Assembly: GCA_030549895.1 (NCBI GenBank)
Contig: JAUQQM010000001.1
Span: 117,624-181,623 of the forward strand
DNA: 64,000 bases
Direction of reading: 5' to 3'
Source of the DNA: Patescibacteria group bacterium
GTDB lineage: Bacteria > Patescibacteriota > Minisyncoccia > UBA6257 > HR35
The notes under the pieces are model-generated. The model did not search any database, was not told the DNA's origin, and was given only the letters and a program-made list of their open reading frames with translations. Shown here piece by piece: positions 26,701 through 35,000 of this stretch. The position numbers and the translations under genes are program-made. The stretch's first letter is position 1. The number at the start of each line of letters is the position of its first letter.

Positions 26701-28755
26701 GCTTTAGAAATGAATACTATTTTTGGCTCTCCTCAACCAATTGAGTTACCACCATTACCTGAACTTCACTGGAATCAAGATTTTCAGACAAAAGTTCCAA
26801 GACACATGAACGAAGAGTTAGCCGAAATTGTTGGTTATTTTATGGGTGACGGTAGTTTACATGCAAAAGGTTTAAGATTTTGTGTTTACAAAGAAGACAA
26901 AGATGTTGTTGAGAGATTAAGTTATCTTATAAAAAACCAATTTAATTTACAAATCAAAACCACTTTACGAACAGGTTATATAAAAGTTAGTGTTAACTCA
27001 GTACCTTTAGCTATTTGGTGGGAAGCTTGTGGTTTTTCAAAAAAACATAAAAAAGAGGGAAAAGGTTGGGAGCCACATATTCCTTTAGCCATTCTTTATT
27101 CAAATGATCCTAAAATATACAAGGCATTTTTAAGAGGTTTATTTGAGGCTGATAGAACTGTTTGGAAAGATGTAAAAGTTCCTGCTCTTTCAACTCATTC
27201 TAAAAATTTCCACGATCAGGTTAAATCACTTCTTTTAGCTCTTGGTTTTCCAACAAAATCAAAAATAGGTGTTTCTGGTTGGGGGAAGAAAAATTTGTAT
27301 GTTCTTTATATAAGAAATAGAGAATATTCTTTTAAATTTAAAGAAGAAATAGGTTTTATGGGTAAAAGAAAAAATGATCTTATTGATATTGGTAAAACAA
27401 GGCAAACTCCTCGAATGGATAGAATATTTATTGGTGAGAATTTGTTTAAAGAATTGGTTGCCTCAAGATCAGTAAACAAAAATGATCGAGACATTTTAAG
27501 ATTAGAATTTAAACGAGGTGGGTTTGTTTCAAGATATTTTGCTAAAAGGATCTTAAATCAAATAGAAAATAAAACATTGAATTTTTATGTCGAAAAGATT
27601 TTCTTTGATGAAATTATTCTAAAAGAAAATAATGGTGAAGCTTTAACTTATGATCTTTCAGTTCCTGAAAATGTAACTTATCTTGCTAATGGTTTTATTT
27701 CTCATAATACTATTTCTTTTATGATGGACTGCGATACAACGGGAATTGAGCCTGATTTTGCTTTAGTTAAAATGAAACAGCTTGTTGGTGGTGGTTGGAT
27801 GAAGATTGTAAATAACACTGTTCCTTTAGCCCTTAAAAAACTTGGTTATTCTGAAAAAGAAATTAATGATATTGTTAAACATTTAGAAGAAACTCAAAAT
27901 ATTGAAACCGCACCACACTTAAAAGAAGAACATTTACCAATTTTTGATACTTCTATTCCAGCACCAGGAGGAAAAAGGTTTATTTCCTTAGATGGTCATA
28001 TCAAAATGGTTGCTGCTGTTCAACCATTTCTTTCTGGAGCTATTTCCAAGACATTTAATATGCCAAATTCAGCTAAAATTGAAGATGTTTATAATGCATT
28101 TTTGCAAGCTTGGAGACTTGGCATTAAATGCTTTGCTATTTATCGTGATGGTTCAAAAGCAACTCAAGCTCTTTACACTCAGAAAAGATCTTTCAAAAAA
28201 CTTGAAAAAAGAAAATTACCCCTTACAAGAGTTTCTGAAACTCATAAGTTTTCAATAGGTGGCCATGAAGGCTATCTTACTTATAGCTTTTTTGATGATG
28301 GTTCCTTAGGAGAAATATTCATTAAAATGTCAAAACAAGGAAGTACTCTTGCTGGTCTTTTAGACTCTTTTGCTATTGCTGTTTCTGTTGCTCTTCAATA
28401 TGGTGTTCCTTTAAAAGAATTAGTTGAGAAATTTATTTATAACCGTTTTGAACCAAGTGGGATAACAAACAACTCTCAAATTCCTATAGCAACCTCAATT
28501 GTTGATTATATCTTTAAATACCTTGCCTTTAGATTCCTTTCTGATGAAGATTTAATTGAGCTTGGACTAAAAAAACCGGAAGCAGAGCTTCAAGCAAAAA
28601 TTACTCAACCACAACTTCCTTTAGAAATTAAAGTTAACAATAAAAACGATCAACTCTCTGGACCTCCATGTAAATTCTGTGGCGGGATGACTACTCGAAC
28701 AGGTTCTTGTTATACTTGTCTTGAATGTGGTGAAAGTACAGGAGGTTGTAGTTAA
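23710..28755 (+). CDS. nrdJ: Class II (adenosylcobalamin-type) ribonucleotide reductase precursor carrying two inteins
   Basis: The extein motifs are GDPGVQFHDTINRWH, the active-site NP|C..SEY loop, APTG|TISFMMDCDTTGIEP, a YRDGS-type segment and a C-terminal CxxC...CxxC tail. Removing the inteins leaves 891 aa. Confidence 0.85.
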   Translation: MTGRNLKKLKNKKQIFELEKFFTKDIHPYEEVKWKNFQVTLPGYENLSPVEFPEFYSQNAVNIIATKYFKVNRGKQEKSLKELIARVVSTIKKWGIEQGYFEGIPADVFEMELTYILLHQYAAFNSPVWFNVGVEGRKQQCSACFILDVEDNMESILDWIKTEGMIFKGGSGSGINLSKLRAKGEALSTGGASSGVISFMKAADAVAGSIKSGGATRRAAKMVILNVDHPEIMDFIRVKAEEENKVRALMEAGYDMTDLNNPLWQNIFFQNANNSIRVTDEFMKAVLEGREWTTYYRTTKEPAKTYKAKDILWEAAKAAWECGDPGVQFHDTINRWHTCKNSGQIVATNPCVTGDTLVATKDGWRKIKDLVGKEVEIVTQNGIKKAIKVWQTGIKPVYRIITRSGYELKATEDHPIYIEGKGDVMVKNLKKGDKIKLLGAGFGKFNLDPDVAFIIGYFAGDGARSFQKEKNKYFYYFTGSEDDIYALSYIKDTINSRLQGKYNRNTNLRKINTEYVVCSTKEPVSQILEEYFDSKNKIFKDKIFELNKESIKYILQGLFTADGTITGNPQKGFYVGLDNISLELLKQVQLLLLNFGIKSKIYKNRRKELLKLLPDSKRKLRLYKVRQMHSLRITRSSRSIFEREIGFYFDHPKQGKLKNINENHKTYKDHLTDEIKEIIYEGIEPVYDLTEPETSHFVANGILVHNCSEYNFLNWTSCNLASINLMKFLKDDGDFDIEAFKHTVRIIFLSQDIVISKADYPHSKIAEETKKYRTIGLGYTNLGALIMALSLPYDSNEARYLAASITSLMTAEAYKTSTEISEILGPFPEYKKNKEPMLEVIKMHCDESYKIGKTELTKAEFPLAQKILEEANKTWNEVIERGQKFGFRNAQATLLAPTGCLTGNTLISTERGLVPLETLGNPLGERWQDLNILVMTDEGEKLATKFFVNGLAETIKIRTKDGYEIIGTPEHRIKVFDKETGELKWKYFADIKNGDIVALEMNTIFGSPQPIELPPLPELHWNQDFQTKVPRHMNEELAEIVGYFMGDGSLHAKGLRFCVYKEDKDVVERLSYLIKNQFNLQIKTTLRTGYIKVSVNSVPLAIWWEACGFSKKHKKEGKGWEPHIPLAILYSNDPKIYKAFLRGLFEADRTVWKDVKVPALSTHSKNFHDQVKSLLLALGFPTKSKIGVSGWGKKNLYVLYIRNREYSFKFKEEIGFMGKRKNDLIDIGKTRQTPRMDRIFIGENLFKELVASRSVNKNDRDILRLEFKRGGFVSRYFAKRILNQIENKTLNFYVEKIFFDEIILKENNGEALTYDLSVPENVTYLANGFISHNTISFMMDCDTTGIEPDFALVKMKQLVGGGWMKIVNNTVPLALKKLGYSEKEINDIVKHLEETQNIETAPHLKEEHLPIFDTSIPAPGGKRFISLDGHIKMVAAVQPFLSGAISKTFNMPNSAKIEDVYNAFLQAWRLGIKCFAIYRDGSKATQALYTQKRSFKKLEKRKLPLTRVSETHKFSIGGHEGYLTYSFFDDGSLGEIFIKMSKQGSTLAGLLDSFAIAVSVALQYGVPLKELVEKFIYNRFEPSGITNNSQIPIATSIVDYIFKYLAFRFLSDEDLIELGLKKPEAELQAKITQPQLPLEIKVNNKNDQLSGPPCKFCGGMTTRTGSCYTCLECGESTGGCS
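24760..25827 (+). mobile_element. Intein 1 (356 aa) with a LAGLIDADG homing-endonuclease domain
   Basis: It begins at Cys (CVTGDTLV), has block B TEDH, carries the LAGLIDADG motifs IIGYFAGDGA and ILQGLFTADGT, and ends in VHN followed by Cys. It is inserted immediately before the catalytic Cys of the NPC(S)E loop. Confidence 0.85.
26407..27708 (+). mobile_element. Intein 2 (434 aa) with a LAGLIDADG homing-endonuclease domain
   Basis: It begins with CLTGNTLI, has block B TPEH, carries the motifs IVGYFMGDGS and FLRGLFEADRT (second motif degenerate), and ends in SHN followed by Thr. It splits the conserved APTG|TIS motif. Confidence 0.85.
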
Positions 28756-28799
28756 AACTTCCTAAAAAAGTTAAAATTTATTAAAAATCACTTTTCCTA

Positions 28800-28808
28800 T
28801 GTTATAAT
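28800..28808 (+). promoter_or_regulatory. Extended -10 box TGTTATAAT, 8 nt upstream of the first tRNA of the cluster
   Basis: This is an exact TGnTATAAT, and the mature 5' end of tRNA-Phe lies at 28817. Confidence 0.55.
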
Positions 28809-28816
28809 TTTATTTT

Positions 28817-28888
28817 GCCGGGATAGCTCAGTGGTAGAGCGGCAGCCTGAAGAGCTGCGCGTCGGGGGTTCGATTCCCTCTCCCGGCA
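28817..28888 (+). tRNA. tRNA-Phe (anticodon GAA)
   Basis: The acceptor is GCCGGGA/TCCCGGC, the anticodon loop is CTGAAGA and the T loop is TTCGATT. Length is 72 nt. Confidence 0.85.
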
Positions 28889-28891
28889 CTT

Positions 28892-28964
28892 GCCCCGGTA
28901 GCTCAATTGGTAGAGCAACAGCCTTTTAAGCTGGAGGTTGGGGGTTCGATTCCCTCCCGGGGCA
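28892..28964 (+). tRNA. tRNA-Lys (anticodon UUU)
   Basis: The acceptor is GCCCCGG/CCGGGGC, the anticodon loop is CTTTTAA and the T loop is TTCGATT. Length is 73 nt. Confidence 0.85.
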
Positions 28965-28975
28965 CAAGTTGAATG

Positions 28976-29059
28976 GCCCGGGTGGCGGAATTTGGCAGAC
29001 GCGTGGCCTTGAGGGGGCTATGGGATTTTCCCGTGTGGGTTCGAGTCCCACCCCGGGCA
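28976..29059 (+). tRNA. tRNA-Leu (anticodon GAG)
   Basis: The acceptor is GCCCGGG/CCCGGGC, the anticodon loop is TTGAGGG and the T loop is TTCGAGT. It has a long variable arm. Confidence 0.8.
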
Positions 29060-29064
29060 CTTTA

Positions 29065-29136
29065 GCGGTGGTAGTTCAGCGGTAGAACGCCTGCTTGCCA
29101 TGCAGGAGGTCGCGGGTTCAAATCCCGTCCACCGCT
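29065..29136 (+). tRNA. tRNA-Gly (anticodon GCC)
   Basis: The acceptor is GCGGTGG/CCACCGC, the anticodon loop is TTGCCAT and the T loop is TTCAAAT. Length is 72 nt. Confidence 0.85.
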
Positions 29137-30324
29137 CTAAAACCAAGAAAAACCTAAAAATATTCCTATACTTCTTGCAAGATAATCTCCATAAGTTAAA
29201 AATTTTGTAATAACTTCTAGAATTTCTTTTTCAAAATTAAAGAATTGAAAGCCAGAACTTACTGGAAGTAAAAAGGCGCTCATGAGGACAATTAAAATTA
29301 AAAATAATGGTCTTTTTTTTAGAAAATAACTTAAAATGAAGATTCCATAAACAAGGGCACCAAAATAAAAATAAAGCCAACCAGGTCGTAAATATTCAAT
29401 TAAAGTGATAGCCAAAAAATAACTCAAGTAACTAAAAATAAAAATTCCTAAATCTTTGTAATAATCTTTAAATTTTATAAAAGAAAAAGTTATGCTAATT
29501 AAAACTCCCCACCAAAGAAAAATATTTGGAAAAATATAAAATCCATCTTTTACTCCAATCTGTTTTATTCCAAATGGCCAACCCAAAAAGCAGGTTGCCA
29601 GAGGAAAACTTACAGGACTTTGACTTGAATGACTGAACACAATTTTTAGGTTGTCTTTGAAAAATCTAAGAGTAACTTCTAAAAGATTAGTCTTTTTTAG
29701 ACTTGCAAGATAGTGAAGCTCAAAAGTTAAAAAATAAATCAAAAAGACAACAATTAAGCCAAAAATTAAATCTTTAATTTTTAAATTTTTTTCAAAAATT
29801 GCAAAAGGTAAGATAAAAAATATACTAAACCACTTAGAGGAAAAAGCCAGTCCAGAAAAAATAAAAAACAAAATTGGATTTCTTTTAAGAAAAAGAATTG
29901 CTAGCAAAGAAAACATTAACCAAGGAATTTCTATTAATAAAAATTTTCTAAAAAAAGCTAAAGAAGTTTCTATATTAGCAAGAAAACCACCCAAAAAAGC
30001 CCAGTAAAAGTCATTACTTCTTGAAAGAATTATCAGGTAAATTAAAACTCCAAAAAAAGAGGTAAGAAAAAGAAAAATAATTCTTGGGAGGAAATAATTT
30101 TCTTGTCCTGGCCAACCAGCTAATTTAAGAAAAAGACTAAAAATTAAAAGACTCAAAGGTGGATGACCAAAAAAGAATTCTTTATTTTCAAGATAATTGA
30201 GCGATCCTTCTATAAAGTAAATTTCATCAAAGACTTTAAATTTGGCTAAATCAATTCCAAAAAGACCGTAAACAAAGCCAAAAATAAAAATTAAAACTCC
30301 TCCCAAAAACTTTCTTAGCCCCAT
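29137..30324 (-). CDS. Polytopic GT-C glycosyltransferase, PMT/GT39-like
   Basis: It has about 10 or more TM helices. The first loop carries FDEIYF...FFFGHPPL, which resembles the DE motif and HPPLGK segment of the dolichyl/polyprenyl-phosphate-mannose protein mannosyltransferase family. Confidence 0.55.
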   Translation of the reverse strand: MGLRKFLGGVLIFIFGFVYGLFGIDLAKFKVFDEIYFIEGSLNYLENKEFFFGHPPLSLLIFSLFLKLAGWPGQENYFLPRIIFLFLTSFFGVLIYLIILSRSNDFYWAFLGGFLANIETSLAFFRKFLLIEIPWLMFSLLAILFLKRNPILFFIFSGLAFSSKWFSIFFILPFAIFEKNLKIKDLIFGLIVVFLIYFLTFELHYLASLKKTNLLEVTLRFFKDNLKIVFSHSSQSPVSFPLATCFLGWPFGIKQIGVKDGFYIFPNIFLWWGVLISITFSFIKFKDYYKDLGIFIFSYLSYFLAITLIEYLRPGWLYFYFGALVYGIFILSYFLKKRPLFLILIVLMSAFLLPVSSGFQFFNFEKEILEVITKFLTYGDYLARSIGIFLGFSWF

Positions 30325-30360
30325 CTTGAATTATATTAAATTTCGATTAAAATTTAAAGT

Positions 30361-30462
30361 ATGCCAGAAAAAGAAGAGCAAAAACCAAATCTTAAATGGC
30401 TCTATTTTGTAATTATAGGTGGCATAGTTATTTTTGTTATTTCAATTTTATTAGGAGCTTAA
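30361..30462 (+). CDS. Small single-pass membrane protein (33 aa; below the ORF-track cutoff)
   Basis: My translation is MPEKEEQKPNLKWLYFVIIGGIVIFVISILLGA. TAAAAT lies 7 nt upstream of its ATG, and its stop is 6 nt before the next gene. Its N-terminal pattern is shared with the ORFs at 31498 and 31628. Confidence 0.45.
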   Translation: MPEKEEQKPNLKWLYFVIIGGIVIFVISILLGA

Positions 30463-30468
30463 TTTATT

Positions 30469-31392
30469 ATGAATGAAAAGCAATCAATTTTTCTTTTTTT
30501 AAAGGAATCTATAAAGAATATTTTTACGAAAGATTTTCTAATAATAAATACCTTAAATTTTCTTGTTGTAATCCTTAATTTTGCTTTTAATATTTATTTT
30601 TTAAAAACTTTAAAATTAACTCTTCCAAATATTAAAAGTTTTGCTGGTGGAACTTTTCTTTTAATTTCTTTTCTTACCCCATTTGTTTTTTTATTTTTGC
30701 AAAATTTTATTTTTATTTGCTACCTTGCCCTTTCTTTAGAAAGAAAACCCCTAAAAGACATCTTCAATATTTCTTCTCAAAAATTTTTTTTAAATCTTCT
30801 TTTGATTATTACTAACTCAATCTTTGTTATAGGTATCATTATTTTATTTTTAATTCTTTCAGGAGCAATCTTTTACCTTTTTTCAATTTTGAAAATTTCC
30901 AAATTTGTAATTTACCCAAACATAATTTTAGGGATTATTATCTTTTTGCCTCTTGCCTTAACTGTCATCTTTTCATTTTTCTTTTTAATAAGCTCGAACA
31001 AAAAAATTTTTGAGTCCATTGCCCTAAGTTTTTCTTTAGTAAAAAATAAATTTTTGTCAATCATTAAATTCTTTTTAGTTTTTTTTATTTTCTTTTTTAT
31101 TTTTCAATACTTCCTTAGCCTTTTGATTTTTGGCTCAAAATTTTTTGTTTCAGATATTTATAAGCAAAGTTTCTATAAAATATTAATCTTTAATCTTTTA
31201 AATTCCTATATTTTCTTTCCTCTTTCTCTTTCTTATATGGGGCTTGTCTTTAAATCTTTTAAGGAATTTTCTGTAGGTTTTGAAAAGTATTTAAGAGTAC
31301 TTAGAATTTTATTTTTAGTTATTATTGCTCTTGCTATAGTTGCCTCTTTTTTATTTCAAAAATATCTTACTCCATATTTTAAAGGCATCTAA
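30469..31392 (+). CDS. Polytopic membrane protein of unknown function (307 aa)
   Basis: It has about 7 or more hydrophobic helices and is Phe/Leu/Ile-rich. I see no recognisable motif. Confidence 0.55.
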   Translation: MNEKQSIFLFLKESIKNIFTKDFLIINTLNFLVVILNFAFNIYFLKTLKLTLPNIKSFAGGTFLLISFLTPFVFLFLQNFIFICYLALSLERKPLKDIFNISSQKFFLNLLLIITNSIFVIGIIILFLILSGAIFYLFSILKISKFVIYPNIILGIIIFLPLALTVIFSFFFLISSNKKIFESIALSFSLVKNKFLSIIKFFLVFFIFFFIFQYFLSLLIFGSKFFVSDIYKQSFYKILIFNLLNSYIFFPLSLSYMGLVFKSFKEFSVGFEKYLRVLRILFLVIIALAIVASFLFQKYLTPYFKGI

Positions 31393-31454
31393 AGTTTATC
31401 CACAATTTTTCTTTAAATTTCTTTCTAAAGATGCTAAAATAATATAAAGATAAT

Positions 31455-31490
31455 AAAGCTATCAAAGAAAAATTTTTCTTTGATAGCTTT
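31455..31490. promoter_or_regulatory. 36-bp perfect palindrome (18+18) overlapping a TGaTAGCTT -10-like box: candidate operator and/or bidirectional terminator
   Basis: AAAGCTATCAAAGAAAAA|TTTTTCTTTGATAGCTTT is exactly self-complementary. TG (31481-82) plus TAGCTT (31484-89) lie 8 nt upstream of the ATG at 31498. Confidence 0.6.
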
Positions 31491-31497
31491 CTAAGTT

Positions 31498-31626
31498 ATG
31501 AATGGCGAAAATCAAACAACTCAGACTTCTCAACAAGTTCAAGAGAAAAAACCAAAATTTATCTGGGCTATAGTTGTTTTAGCTATTATTGTAGTCTTAG
31601 TTGTACTTTATTTTGTTTTAAGATAG
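31498..31626 (+). CDS. Small single-pass membrane protein (42 aa; below the ORF-track cutoff), first gene of the giant-protein operon
   Basis: My translation is MNGENQTTQTSQQVQEKKPKFIWAIVVLAIIVVLVVLYFVLR. Its stop lies 1 nt before the next ATG. Confidence 0.5.
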   Translation: MNGENQTTQTSQQVQEKKPKFIWAIVVLAIIVVLVVLYFVLR

Positions 31627-31627
31627 G

Positions 31628-32035
31628 ATGGAAGAACAAAAATTAGAAAAAAAGCCAAAAGTAGTTCTTTATATAATTTTAGGAATTTTAATTGGAATAG
31701 TTTTAATTTTGATTGGCTATTTTGTCTATAAGAAATTTATTATTTTCAAGCCTAAACCAATTCCTTTTCAAGAGCCATATAGAGTTCCAACCACAAAAAT
31801 AGCTGAAGGTAATTTTGAGACTGAAAAGATAGAAAGACCAAAAGAAAAATTATTTGGATTTTTCAATGATGACCTAGTTGCTTATACAATTGCCTCTGAT
31901 GATTGCCCAGAACTTTCAGGAATGATAGCTCCACCTCTTAGTTTTGTAAGTTTTATAGCTCCGCCAAATCCAAAGACCTGCCATATTTATCTTAAAGAAA
32001 AACCAGAAAAGAAAATTACAATAGAATTCAAATAA
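31628..32035 (+). CDS. N-terminally anchored small protein (135 aa), unknown function
   Basis: Its N-terminus MEEQKLEKKPK plus a TM helix is paralogous in pattern to the two mini-ORFs. The C-terminal roughly 90-aa domain contains two Cys residues. Confidence 0.6.
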   Translation: MEEQKLEKKPKVVLYIILGILIGIVLILIGYFVYKKFIIFKPKPIPFQEPYRVPTTKIAEGNFETEKIERPKEKLFGFFNDDLVAYTIASDDCPELSGMIAPPLSFVSFIAPPNPKTCHIYLKEKPEKKITIEFK

Positions 32036-32038
32036 GCT

Positions 32039-35000
32039 ATGGGCCTTTTTGAGAAAATAATTTCTTTAATAATCAACTTTACTTTAATTTTTGAACCTTT
32101 AGCTATTAGAATTCCTCTTACTCCAGCCCAAGCCCAACAAGATCAAAATAGTACTAACCCCAAACTTCAAGTTGAAGTTGAAATTCTACCAGTTTCTTAT
32201 GATGTTACCGATAATTTTGGAGCTGTAGGAAATTTTTACTGTTATCCATTAGAAGCAAATGTTTTTTCTCCAAGTCTTTATGTTGATAACCACACAGCTA
32301 CAGTAATAGAAAAAGTAAAAGAAAGAATTACCCAAGTTAATAAGGGATGTGAAACTATTTGGCCTCAAATTCTTTTAAGGTTTATTTTTAATACTTCAAG
32401 CGCCACATTAAAGAGAATAGTTACCAATAATACCTCCACAATCAATCTTTTAGTGAATTTAAATTTTAGAGGAGATACTACTACAGACTTAAACTTAACT
32501 TATAAGTTCTATCCAAAAGAATCTGCAATTTTTAATTCGCATGAAAATATTATTTTATGGTGGAAAAATGGTAGCAGTTCCCCTGAAGTAGTAGGAGATG
32601 AGAATAAATCATACTTTGATGCTTATGTAACTTTAAGATCTCAATATTATTTTAGAGATGACCCTGATGTAGATAATCTTGTAGAGTACATTTATCCAAC
32701 AACTTCATTACTAAAAGAACATGAGGAAAAAAAGAAAAGGTTTATTTTGAAATATGTAAATATTAATTTTGATGGGTATGACATTTTGATTACTAACGTT
32801 AGATTTTTTAAAGATATTGTTAGTTATTACAACTATAAAGAATTAAAAGAAAAACCCACCCTTGAATTTGAGTCTTCTATATTTGAAAAAGGAATTATAG
32901 GTTTTTTCCCAACTTTTATAGAATCCTTACCCTTAAATTCACCTGATTTTGTTGAAAATAATTTTTGTTCTTATTATCAGAAAAAAGGAGGAAATTTATA
33001 TCTTGTACCTTTTCAACATTTAGCTGTTTGGGATATTTTAGTAAATTCAGTTGGTTTTTGTGACGAACCTCCTATTTTTAATTCAGGCATAGCAAAAAGT
33101 GAAGATAATTTATGTTTTAAATATACTAATAAAATTCAAAAATGTGAAATTGTAAGAGGTGATGGAGCCACCTCAACTTCCATTTGTTTTGTAGGCCTTC
33201 CTTTTGTTAATAGATTTTACAATGCTTTTACGGGAGATGTACCATATTGGGATTTAAACAAAAAAAGAGATTATCGAATTATAAGGACTATAAATAATAA
33301 ACTTGATAAAGATTTTCCAAGCATGAATAGTTTAATAAATAAACCCAACACCCCTCAGGATGTCGATAATTGGCTAAATAATAATAAAAATAAAATAGAT
33401 TACTTTTTGAATGAAAGGCCAATCTTTACATATTCTACTCTTCAATATATATCTTCAGGTAAATTTGTTTATACTCTTAACGTAGCTAAAAATTGTGAAT
33501 ATGTAGGAGATAAAGTTATTGCCAGAGTTGATATTGGAGAAGGAGAAAATAGAAGAACGGTAGAGTTATTACCTTACGAATGTTATACTATTGGTGGTAA
33601 AGCAATATTTGCTTTTCCACCTGAGGGTTATAGTGTATCTCAAACAGAAAGTTGTAGTTTAACGGATAATAATTGGGGCTTTTTGTATGGTAATTGTAAT
33701 AACAACTTTTTTATTCTTTTTAATACAACAGACGAATACTCATCTTTCTTAAGTTTTATCTCTAAAGTCAAAAATGTAGATGTAACTAATACTTCAACAC
33801 CACCACAGGGAATAATTTTTGTCATCGAGACTCCCACTGATAATATTAAAAAATATGAATATAAATTAGTAGACTTTCTTCCTAGAATTTATACATTTAA
33901 TACTACTACCTATGTTCATCAGTTTTTATCACCTCAGATTGTAAAACACGGCCAATTATTAGAGTATAAGTTTTCACCTCTTTGGTATGGTAATCCATAT
34001 TTTGGTTCTTTCGAAAGTTTTACTAGTATATGTACTCTACCACAAACTGGTTTTGATGTTTCTTTATATGTAAATCCTCCAACAGGGGAAGCTGAAATAA
34101 AAACTACAGAATGTAGTTATTATTATGATCCACTTCAAGGTCGTCAGCAAAGATGTGAAAATGTTGCATACCATTTGCCAAAGAAAGAAGAATGTTATCC
34201 GTTATCAATGTCTGTAGCAACAGCTACGATTGATGCAAAATATGACCTTATATTCTTTACTGAAAAATATGATGGTGCCTCACTAAATGAAAAAATTGAT
34301 ATTTTTTTGAAAGCAAATTCAGCTCTTACTGAATATAGAAAAGGTGAGAATGTTTCAAAGTTAAGATTCGATATTTTTAAAATTAGTCCCACTACAAGTT
34401 TAAATATAGGGGCCATTTCTTATAAAAGGAAATATATACCTGCACCAATTTTAGCTGATTTTGCTGAAGAGATTGCTTCTAATGTTGGAGTATATTATGA
34501 AAGAGATATTGGTGGCGACATCCCTAATTACCTACAGAGTCAAGTCCAATATTTTAAAGATAGTGTTGTAAGAGAACTATCTTCTTATTTGCCAATGGTT
34601 TTAGATAAAGAAGAGGCTAAATTTAGTGATGTCTTAAGTTCTACTAAAAATTCTGATATTAGTGATAGTTTATACCTTAATTTTTATCCAGTTGCTGCTC
34701 AAATTGGAGGAAAAGAGTATACAATTCCTTGGTTGGTTTATTTCGGTATGTTTCTTAGTAGTGTTGCCGCTTTTCTTAACAATGTAGTTGGCATTTTAAA
34801 TATAGCTGCTCTTTTAATTCCAGGTCTTGGACAAGTTATTTTAGTAGTAAGAGCAGCAGTTACTGTTTTTTATGTAGCTTCTCTTGTTGTTGAAACTCTT
34901 GCCTATTTATCTTATCCAGATTGGGCTAAAAAAATGTATGGAGATTTTGGAAATTTTGCTTTAAGTGCTCTTATTCATTTAGGTGTAAGCTCTTTAAATA

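Noticed and set aside
28817-29136. The idea that this organism dispenses with RNase P entirely because tRNA genes sit right behind promoters.
   Set aside because: Evidence inside the window argues against it. Two tRNAs (7197 and 11223) directly follow CDSs, and three tRNAs in the cluster follow other tRNAs. All of these would need 5' processing. I kept only the weaker observation as a finding.
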